Below are positions 1 to 6,520 of a DNA stretch of 32,000 nt, piece after piece. A model generated the notes under the pieces. That model saw nothing but the letters and a program-made list of their open reading frames with translations, searched no databases and was not told the origin of the DNA. The stretch covers positions 67,317-99,316 of the forward strand of contig CALVNY010000009.1 of the NCBI GenBank assembly GCA_944350085.1, written 5' to 3'. The translations under genes and the position numbers were made by a program. The first letter of the stretch is position 1; every line of letters begins with the position of its first letter. Origin of the DNA: an uncultured Clostridia bacterium. GTDB taxonomy: Bacteria > Bacillota > Clostridia > Christensenellales > UBA1242.

Positions 1-373
1 AGTATGTGTATGCATAATTTCGTGCTTTTTCAAAAATTTTATATCTATTTTGAGGAGCGTGAGTGTTATACGGAAATAGGGGGTAATTTGGATAGCAATT
101 AGTGTTAAGTATGTATTTTTTAAAAATCGACTTAGCAAAATCAAATGTGTGGGGAGATTTTTCAAACACTTTTGCTAAAAGTTGTCTTTTTGTGTTATTG
201 TCTAAATTTAAAAATTTATTATCCTTTGGTAAGTTCGAATTAGGCAATAAAGAACTTATTGCACTAACAACATACATACATTCTTGTTGAGTTAGTCCAT
301 TAGGAACTTCAAGAGTAAATTTTTTGGGTACATCTTTTTGTTTTCTATATTCCAAATAATCTAAATATGACAT
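1..373 (-). CDS. hypothetical protein, N-terminal 124 codons only (gene runs off the left edge)
   Basis: Edge-truncated, so absent from the ORF track. ATG at 373-371 with SD GGGGAGA (387-381, minus strand) 7 nt upstream. I translated the frame and it is open for all 124 codons to position 1 (MSYLDYLEYRKQKDVPKKFTLEVPNGLTQQEC...). No family recognised. Confidence 0.6.
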   Translation of the reverse strand, partial: MSYLDYLEYRKQKDVPKKFTLEVPNGLTQQECMYVVSAISSLLPNSNLPKDNKFLNLDNNTKRQLLAKVFEKSPHTFDFAKSIFKKYILNTNCYPNYPLFPYNTHAPQNRYKIFEKARNYAYTY

Positions 374-496
374 AATATTTTCTCCCCATAAAAAATTTTA
401 CTTTACATATTTAGTTTATCATATAAATATTAAAAAATAAATATCTAAATTTTAAAAAAATAAAGATACTGGGTATCTTTATTTTTGCATTAAAAT

Positions 497-1261
497 TTAT
501 TCTTCTTTTTCTATTTTTATATCATTGCTATTATTGTTATTTGAATCATTTAAATTTTCGTTAGGTGGTAAAGATATTTTATTTGTAGTTGTTTTAAATG
601 TAAACAAATTTTTTGGTTCCTCTTTTTTAATCCAGTAAAATAGGCTTAATGCACCACTTGTTATAAATGCTCCAATGGCGTCAGCAATTAAATCGTTCAT
701 TGTGTCAACAACGGCAAGATGTCCAACAAAAGGTGTTCCATCAACATCATTATATCTTTGACAATTTAAATCGGCAAGGTGGTCAAATGTGTATTCCCAA
801 AATTCCCAAATAACGCCAACAACAACGGTAAAACAAAAGGCAAATAAAAAAGCATAAAATAGTTGTGCGCTTAACGAAACATTTTTATTTATATACTTAG
901 AAAATGTTGCATAGGTTAAAAATGCAATTAGCACACCACTCATTAAATGTAAAAAGAAATCATAATATGGCACTAAGGCATAAACTCCAAATCCACTGCC
1001 AAGCCCCATACTTAAAATACAAAATGCTAAGTATATGCCCCAAGCATATAGAGTGTAGTTTAGTTTTAATATTTTTTCAAACAAAAGTGGTAGTAATGAA
1101 ACAAATATGCCTGCAAATTGAATTGCAACAACTGCAACTAATTTTGAACTTTTTGGAACATAAACTTTTGTTAGTAAAAGTGTTGCAAGAATTATATAAA
1201 TTATGCAACTAACTCCAATTAAAGAATATTTAACTATTTTGTAATTTTTATTTTTAACCAT
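497..1261 (-). CDS. multi-pass integral membrane protein, family not confidently recognised
   Basis: ORF track gives 497-1276 with a TTG start. I prefer ATG 1261 (MVKNKNYK...) because SD GAAGGAA lies 6 nt upstream. About six hydrophobic spans, a WEFWEYTFDH motif and an Asn/Glu-rich C-terminal tail. Confidence 0.75.
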   Translation of the reverse strand: MVKNKNYKIVKYSLIGVSCIIYIILATLLLTKVYVPKSSKLVAVVAIQFAGIFVSLLPLLFEKILKLNYTLYAWGIYLAFCILSMGLGSGFGVYALVPYYDFFLHLMSGVLIAFLTYATFSKYINKNVSLSAQLFYAFLFAFCFTVVVGVIWEFWEYTFDHLADLNCQRYNDVDGTPFVGHLAVVDTMNDLIADAIGAFITSGALSLFYWIKKEEPKNLFTFKTTTNKISLPPNENLNDSNNNNSNDIKIEKEE

Positions 1262-1278
1262 TTTAAATTCCTTCAACT

Positions 1279-1393
1279 ATTATAACAAAAAATTAATTTT
1301 ATACTAAATAATTTTAATATAATATTTTGAATTTTATAATTGTATTATAACAATAAAAACAAAATTTATAATTTAAAAATCTAATTATAACAA
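1279..1393 (-). promoter_or_regulatory. three tandem extended -10 promoter elements TTGTTATAAT upstream of the 497-1261 gene
   Basis: Exact 10-mer ATTATAACAA on the plus strand at 1279-1288, 1344-1353 and 1384-1393, which reads TTGTTATAAT (TGnTATAAT class) on the minus strand. The same 10-mer sits upstream of plus-strand genes at 4895-4904 and 20825-20834. Confidence 0.5.
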
Positions 1394-1544
1394 AAACTTT
1401 TAAATTACAATTATTTTTATTTTAAATTTTTTGCATAAATTTTATTATGTCTAAATAGAACCATAAAAAAGGTTTTAATTGGTTTGTTGATTAATATAAA
1501 AATAACAAAAAATATTTAATTGTATTTTTAGTAATTATTGTTTA

Positions 1545-1576
1545 CAAAAAAAGTTCCTTTTTTAAGGAACTTTTTT
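1545..1576. terminator. bidirectional rho-independent terminator (serves the HAD gene on the minus strand)
   Basis: Perfect 9-bp stem AAGTTCCTT (1551-1559) / AAGGAACTT (1564-1572), 4-nt loop, A-run upstream and T-run downstream. Confidence 0.8.
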
Positions 1577-2255
1577 ATTCCATTTGATTATCTTCAAATT
1601 CAGGTAAAATTTGTGTTAAGTTTGTAACATTTTCAATGGCGTGATGCCATTTGGTTTTGTTTGTTATATCGGTGTTTTCTGGATTTACACACAAAGTTCT
1701 GCAACCTGACAAATGTGCCCATTCATCATTGTCACCATTGCCAACAAAACAAATGTCTTTTGCTGGCATATTATTTTTTTCTTTAAATTCAGTAATAAAA
1801 TGTGCTTTGCCTTCAAAGTCGTAGTTGGTTCCTTTAATTCCAACAACATAACCATTTTTGTCGTATTCAAATTCGTTTGCATTAATACTATCAAAGTATT
1901 TTGCATTTTCTCCCAAAACTTCTTTAATTACAGATTTAAAATTTCCACTAATTATGTGCAAAGAATATCCCATTTCTTTTAAAGTTTTAAATGTTTCAGT
2001 CGCACCATCATTTAGCCTAATTTGTTTTGTTATACTTTTAACTAAATCTTTGTGTAGTCCTTTTTCCATAAATTTTTCACAAGTTAAATCGCACCATTTT
2101 TGGTGAGTAATATCTTTTGTTAAAAACATAATAAATAACATGGAAAAATATGAGCCTTTGCCTGTTTCATATCCTAAATTTTCCCAAATTGCTTTCCATA
2201 TATTAGGGCTTTTAATAGTTAAAGTGCCATCAAAATCGAACATAATTGCTTTCAT
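1575..2255 (-). CDS. HAD-superfamily hydrolase (HAD-IB / phosphoserine-phosphatase-like)
   Basis: MKAIMFDFDGTLT carries the DxDxT motif I, and GNGDNDE near the C-terminus is motif IV. I prefer ATG 2255 with SD GGAGAAAG over the track start 2306. Confidence 0.85.
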   Translation of the reverse strand: MKAIMFDFDGTLTIKSPNIWKAIWENLGYETGKGSYFSMLFIMFLTKDITHQKWCDLTCEKFMEKGLHKDLVKSITKQIRLNDGATETFKTLKEMGYSLHIISGNFKSVIKEVLGENAKYFDSINANEFEYDKNGYVVGIKGTNYDFEGKAHFITEFKEKNNMPAKDICFVGNGDNDEWAHLSGCRTLCVNPENTDITNKTKWHHAIENVTNLTQILPEFEDNQME

Positions 2256-2401
2256 AATCTTTCTCCTAATTTTTTTGATTATATCACATGAAAAATCATA
2301 GTGCAATACATAACTTTATTACAATTGGTGTAAAATTATGCCTTTGTAACATATTTTTTAAAAAAATAATAAATATATTTGTGTTAAATTTAGTTACAAC
2401 A

Positions 2402-2430
2402 TTGACTTTATTTTAGATAAAAAATATAAT
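2402..2430 (+). promoter_or_regulatory. sigma-A type promoter of the MgtC-family gene
   Basis: TTGACT (2402-2407), 17-nt spacer, TATAAT (2425-2430). The leader is only about 15 nt to the ATG at 2451. Confidence 0.6.
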
Positions 2431-2450
2431 AAATTGTAAGGATTAATGAT

Positions 2451-3158
2451 ATGGGTAATGAAATTTTTGAAGCAATAGGTATTTTAGATTATGATGCTGG
2501 TGTTTGGAAACTAATTTTAAGGTTGGTTTTGTCGGCAATTGCGGGTTTTGCAATTGGTTGCGAAAGGAGATATAGATTAAAAGATGCAGGAATTAAAACT
2601 CACACAATAATGTGCGTTACTGCGTGTTTGCTTATGATTATATCAAAATATGGATTTTATGAGTTGTCTAAGTTTGAAGGGATTTCTTATGACTCATCAA
2701 GGGTAGCATCAAACATTGCAACAGGGCTTTGCTTTATTGGTTCTGGAATGTTGTTATATAAAAAAGACAACATTAAAGGATTAACAACTGCTGTTGGTAT
2801 GTGTTTAACAATGGCCATTGGTATGAGCTTTGGTGCAGGGTTAATTATTACAGGAACATTTGTAACCATTTTTACAATTATACTTCAATTAATTCTTCAT
2901 TTGCCATTTTCATTTTTTAAAAACAAAGATGCAATTGTTGTTAGGGCACAATTTATTGTTAATGGCAATTATATTGACCATTTTAAAGAAAAATTTAACA
3001 TTTCAAAGTTTATAAAATTTAAAACATTTGTTGATAATGATAATTTAATTGCCGAAGTTGAATTTATATATACAAATAAGATACATAGTGAAGAATTAAT
3101 TGATATGATAAAAGATGAAAAAGAAATTTTAATGTTTGAAAAGATAGAGGAAAATTAA
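2451..3158 (+). CDS. mgtC: MgtC/SapB family membrane protein
   Basis: GCERRYRLKDAGIKTHTIM matches the MgtC signature G-x-ER-x(5)-K-x-AG-x-RTH. Four to five TM spans followed by a soluble ACT-like C-terminal domain. SD TAAGGA. Confidence 0.85.
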   Translation: MGNEIFEAIGILDYDAGVWKLILRLVLSAIAGFAIGCERRYRLKDAGIKTHTIMCVTACLLMIISKYGFYELSKFEGISYDSSRVASNIATGLCFIGSGMLLYKKDNIKGLTTAVGMCLTMAIGMSFGAGLIITGTFVTIFTIILQLILHLPFSFFKNKDAIVVRAQFIVNGNYIDHFKEKFNISKFIKFKTFVDNDNLIAEVEFIYTNKIHSEELIDMIKDEKEILMFEKIEEN

Positions 3159-3170
3159 ATAAATAAAATA

Positions 3171-3195
3171 AAGAGCAAAATATTTGCTCTTTTTT
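3171..3195. terminator. bidirectional terminator between convergent mgtC and the HNH ORF
   Basis: 9-bp stem AAGAGCAAA (3171-3179) / TTTGCTCTT (3183-3191), 3-nt loop, T-run to 3195. Confidence 0.8.
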
Positions 3196-3196
3196 A

Positions 3197-3481
3197 TTAG
3201 AAACTATCTCCCTTATTCTTATTACATCTCCTACAAAGAGTTTGTAAATTGTCGTAAGTGCTTTTACCACCTTTTGCAATTGGTTTTATGTGATCAATTT
3301 CCAAATAGTCATGTTTTTCGGTTCGTCCACATATGCGACATCTGTAACCATCTCTTTTATAAATAGAAAATCTCATTTTGTTTGAAACTTTGCCTCTTTC
3401 AACTCTACATAAAGAATCCCAAATTCCTTTATCATTATAAAAGTCCCTGTTTTTATTGTTCAACCTTTTTATCAATAACAA
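3197..3481 (-). CDS. HNH endonuclease domain ORF, probably the downstream part of a frameshifted or recoded gene
   Basis: CRICG...DHIKPIAKGGKSTYDNLQTLCRRCNKNKG is a zinc-finger HNH motif. The track start is a TTG with no SD. The frame is actually open upstream to 3631 and overlaps the 3583-4017 ORF (see finding). Confidence 0.7.
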   Translation of the reverse strand: MLLIKRLNNKNRDFYNDKGIWDSLCRVERGKVSNKMRFSIYKRDGYRCRICGRTEKHDYLEIDHIKPIAKGGKSTYDNLQTLCRRCNKNKGDSF

Positions 3482-3582
3482 GATATGTTCTGATGAAAAA
3501 TTTTCGGTCTTTTTCTGATAAATATCACCATTTATTTTTGCACAATATAAAATTATTTTAACATTAAAATCAATCGTGGGCT

Positions 3583-4017
3583 TTAATAGATTTTTAGAAA
3601 AAAGTTTTTTTCTATTTTTAACAAATAACTTTTATTTAATTTAGGATCATTTTCAACATATTCGCCAAAATTTTTTATTTTGGATATTTTTGTGCAATAT
3701 TTGTCATAATTAATTTTATTTATGTTAACTTTTTGGATTTCTTTTTCTATATCATATTTTTTATACTGTAATTGATATATCAAAAAATCTTCACATGAAA
3801 TATTGTTATAAGATATACTGTTATCATATGTATGACTTTCATCAAAATTTCTTATATTTGTATAAAAAGAAAATTCGTTATTTATAACTAATAGGTTCTT
3901 TAAAGATATGCTATTATTATTTAGATATTTAACATATTTATTATATCTAAATTTTAAAAAGAAAAATATTATAATTGCTACAAATATGAAACAGCTAATA
4001 ATTAGTACTTCAATCAT
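3583..4017 (-). CDS. membrane-anchored hypothetical protein, upstream part of the split HNH gene
   Basis: ATG 4017 (MIEVLIISCFIFVAIIIFFF...) with SD GGAGAA 5 nt upstream. The track start 4029 is TTG. One N-terminal TM helix and no recognisable domain. Extended -10 TGCTATAAT on the minus strand at about 4037-4047. Confidence 0.7.
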   Translation of the reverse strand: MIEVLIISCFIFVAIIIFFFLKFRYNKYVKYLNNNSISLKNLLVINNEFSFYTNIRNFDESHTYDNSISYNNISCEDFLIYQLQYKKYDIEKEIQKVNINKINYDKYCTKISKIKNFGEYVENDPKLNKSYLLKIEKNFFLKIY

Positions 4018-4376
4018 ATAATTCTCCAACTGAAATTATTATAGCATATAAATAATAAAAAAGTTATATATTTAAACAAAAATTACTCAAATGTCAATTG
4101 TGCCTGTGCTTTTTATATACTAGTTTTTTCGCATTTCTCAAATAATTAAGCCTGAGCTACTAATTTAAATAAATTAGATAAAAAGTGAAAGTGTTGGTAG
4201 GGGAAATACTTTTCGATTTATGCTATTTAACCACATTGCTAATTTATTTCATGGTGTACTTAATAGGAGTTTATGAAATAAGTTTTGCAAGTTAAGGCAG
4301 AATAATGAATTTTGTGACCATTATTTCTTTTCATTTTTTCTCTTGTCAAATAACTTTCACGGCATAAAATAGCAAT

Positions 4377-4409
4377 AAAAAATTGAGATATTTGTTGTCT
4401 CAATTTTTT
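4377..4409. terminator. orphan bidirectional rho-independent terminator in an ORF-free tract
   Basis: Stem ATTGAGATA (4382-4390) / TGTCTCAAT (4396-4404) with one G.U pair and a 5-nt loop. A6 upstream (4377-4382) and T6 downstream (4404-4409). No annotated gene ends here. Confidence 0.6.
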
Positions 4410-4643
4410 AATTATTACGCTAGTTTCAAAAGTGTTAATCTTTGCTACTGTTTTTTGTTTATTAAAATTGGTTAAAGTTTAATTGTAAATAAAGATTAAT
4501 AAAAAACTTAATTTAAAAGTTAATTTTATTTTAAATTTTAATGCAAAATAACTAAAAATAAAACTATTAAAACAAGGAGTGTTGCGACTTTTGTTTAGGC
4601 TGGCACGAAGTGGCGAACGTAGTTCGAGTCCCCAAACGGAAAT

Positions 4644-4669
4644 AAAAAAAAGTATGCTTTTAGCATACT
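4644..4669 (-). terminator. terminator of tRNA-Glu
   Basis: Minus strand, 4 nt after the tRNA CCA end: stem AGTATGC / GCATACT (4651-4657 / 4663-4669) followed by T8 (plus-strand A-run 4644-4651). Confidence 0.8.
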
Positions 4670-4673
4670 AAAC

Positions 4674-4748
4674 TGGTAGTCCCAAGGGGACTCGAACCCC
4701 TGTTACCACCGTGAAAGGGTGGTGTCTTAACCACTTGACCATGGGACC
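4674..4748 (-). tRNA. tRNA-Glu (anticodon UUC), CCA encoded
   Basis: Reverse complement reads GGTCCCATGGTCAAGTGGTTAAGACACCACCCTTTCACGGTGGTAACAGGGGTTCGAGTCCCCTTGGGACTACCA. Anticodon arm CCACC-CTTTCAC-GGTGG, T arm AGGGG-TTCGAGT-CCCCT, 7-bp acceptor stem with G1.U72. Closely resembles Firmicutes tRNA-Glu. Confidence 0.9.
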
Positions 4749-4792
4749 ATATATGTAAAACGGAAAAACCAGCGTTTTACCGTGACGAGATT

Positions 4793-4821
4793 ATTATAAC
4801 TTATTTAAACCTATGTGTCAA
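4793..4821 (-). promoter_or_regulatory. consensus sigma-A promoter of tRNA-Glu
   Basis: Minus strand: TTGACA (4821-4816), 17-nt spacer, TATAAT (4798-4793). The ~38-nt leader contains the hairpin GTAAAACG / CGTTTTAC. Confidence 0.75.
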
Positions 4822-4894
4822 CATTATTTTTTATTTTTTTACTTTAATTTTAGAGTTGTTATAAATATGTAGAACTTGATTATAAATAAGGATT

Positions 4895-4904
4895 TTGTTA
4901 TAAT
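4895..4904 (+). promoter_or_regulatory. extended -10 promoter TTGTTATAAT for the 4966-6365 operon
   Basis: Exact TGnTATAAT-class element about 60 nt upstream of ATG 4966, divergent from the tRNA promoter. Confidence 0.55.
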
Positions 4905-4965
4905 ACATATTAGATTAAATTCTTAACTTATTATTTGATAATAATTAAACAACATAAAGGAAATT

Positions 4966-5301
4966 ATGTTTATGGATTCAAAAACAATTATTGACAAATA
5001 TTCAAAAGATGAAAAAATACAAAACATTGTTAAACTTTATAAAAAATTATATGGTTGGGGAATATTTTTAATTATAGTTGGTTGTTTGGGTGTTGCCACT
5101 TGTTTTTCATTAGTAATTTATGTTGGCATCAAACAATCATCAGGTTTTAGGGGAAGAGATGCTGGGCCATTTATTTGGAACTTAATAGGAATTGCAATTT
5201 TTGCATGTGTGATTTCTGCAGGGGTATATATTTTTAAAACTTCAAAAATTATTAAAAATGGACTTATTATAAAATTAAAAGAAATGGAAAATAATAAATG
5301 A
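4966..5301 (+). CDS. small membrane protein (two TM helices), hypothetical
   Basis: SD AAGGAAA upstream. Two hydrophobic spans. The stop overlaps the next start (ATGA), so translation is coupled. Confidence 0.7.
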   Translation: MFMDSKTIIDKYSKDEKIQNIVKLYKKLYGWGIFLIIVGCLGVATCFSLVIYVGIKQSSGFRGRDAGPFIWNLIGIAIFACVISAGVYIFKTSKIIKNGLIIKLKEMENNK

Positions 5302-6365
5302 AAAAAGTTAGTAAAAAACAAAAAATATTAATATTTGTGCTTTTGGGATTGATGGTTTGTTTAATTGTTGGTGTTGGTATTTTTTTGTACCACAAGTATA
5401 ATCAAACACCATTATCTCCAAATGACAATAATGAAGAAACCAACACTGATGAGAATAAAACTGTTGTTGAATTTTATGTTGTAACACCAATTAAAGATGA
5501 ATATTACTTAAATGAATATTTTAATATTAATGACATTGAAGTTTTTGTTAAATTTAGAACAAATGAAGGATTTGTTACTAATACATTTAATTTAACAACA
5601 GATTTTATAAAAGGATATCCAAATATAGAAGTTCCAAACACAAGTACGCTTGGGCCTCACTCGTTTACAATTATTTACTTAGATGGAGAAATAAATGTTT
5701 CTTACAATGTTGTGGAATTTAATGAAAAACATTGCTTGTTTGAGATGTTAAACAAGTGCTATATTGATCAAGATTCAATGTTTTCAAAAATTTCTGTAAA
5801 TAACAAAATTAATTCCAATTTGCAATTAAAAAATTATATTGATAATGTTTACGATAATATTGTTGAAAAAGATGGAGAATTTAAAACTTTAAGTTATGCA
5901 AATGTTATTTACAATGGGCTAAAAATATATGATGTTGATAACACTTTAAGTTCTTTTTGCAATCCTAATAGTGATATTTTGCCTAGCATTACAAAAAATA
6001 ATAATCAAGTTGTGGGTAAACTTTGGTGGCTTTTTAGTGATGAATATAAATTAATTGAATTTAGTTTGGATTATAACAACATAAATAATGGAATTTACTT
6101 AAATATAACAGTTGATGGTAAGACAACATCAATTATTAGTAACTATTTAGATGATTGTTTTAATATGGTAATAACCAATGAAGATGAATATGATGTTTTA
6201 ATAAATTATTCAAGCAATCATTATTATATTGCAAAAGACAACAAAAACTTAAATAACGACCTTAACACAAAAAATTATAGTGAAACTTTTGCAAGTTTAG
6301 GAATAGATGTTTTTGAATATGATGTTTTAAACAATGTTGTTAAATTTAACAATGTAATACAATAA
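5298..6365 (+). CDS. membrane-anchored Asn-rich extracytoplasmic protein with an Ig-like beta domain, hypothetical
   Basis: N-terminal TM anchor (ILIFVLLGLMVCLIVGVGIFLY). The segment VEFYVV...GPHSFTIIYLDGEINVSYNVVEF resembles bacterial Ig-like surface domains. No catalytic motif seen. Confidence 0.7.
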   Translation: MKKVSKKQKILIFVLLGLMVCLIVGVGIFLYHKYNQTPLSPNDNNEETNTDENKTVVEFYVVTPIKDEYYLNEYFNINDIEVFVKFRTNEGFVTNTFNLTTDFIKGYPNIEVPNTSTLGPHSFTIIYLDGEINVSYNVVEFNEKHCLFEMLNKCYIDQDSMFSKISVNNKINSNLQLKNYIDNVYDNIVEKDGEFKTLSYANVIYNGLKIYDVDNTLSSFCNPNSDILPSITKNNNQVVGKLWWLFSDEYKLIEFSLDYNNINNGIYLNITVDGKTTSIISNYLDDCFNMVITNEDEYDVLINYSSNHYYIAKDNKNLNNDLNTKNYSETFASLGIDVFEYDVLNNVVKFNNVIQ

Positions 6366-6381
6366 AATATATTTTAATTTT

Positions 6382-6408
6382 AAACCAAGCAAGATGCTTG
6401 GTTTTTTT
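6382..6408 (+). terminator. rho-independent terminator
   Basis: Perfect 10-bp stem AAACCAAGCA (6382-6391) / TGCTTGGTTT (6395-6404), 3-nt loop, T7. Confidence 0.85.
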
Positions 6409-6520
6409 CTACAAAATAAACCATAAAAAGATATATTTGTTTAATATTATATAACACCTTAAAATATAAATTTTGATACACTTAAATTGTTTTAAAATAT
6501 TTTTTATAAAGGGGAAAAAG

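Noticed and set aside
102-290. 62-aa plus-strand ORF from the track
   Set aside because: It lies entirely antisense to the better-supported edge-truncated minus-strand CDS 1-373, which has an SD and ATG and an open frame to the edge. It has no SD and no recognisable motif.
2307-2450. M-box (Mg2+) riboswitch in front of the MgtC-family gene
   Set aside because: A consensus promoter at 2402-2430 leaves only about 15 nt of leader, with no room for a riboswitch.
3490-3496. CUGAUGA hammerhead-like core near the HNH gene
   Set aside because: It is followed by AAAATTTTCGGTC with no stem II, GAAA or stem III arrangement, and it lies inside the open HNH reading frame.
4200-4216. GGGGAAAUACUUUUCGA resembling a tmRNA 5' end, together with the T-arm-like GTTCGAGTCCCC at 4622-4633
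   Set aside because: There is no complementary 3' acceptor strand with ACCA after the T-arm-like element, its 5' T stem cannot pair, and I saw no tag-ORF or pseudoknot signature.
4750-4965. The switch of gene orientation (minus on the left, plus on the right) as a possible replication origin
   Set aside because: The interval is fully explained by two divergent promoters (tRNA-Glu and the 4966 operon). The only DnaA-like site nearby is one degenerate TTAACCACA at 4227-4235. Skew cannot be judged from 32 kb.
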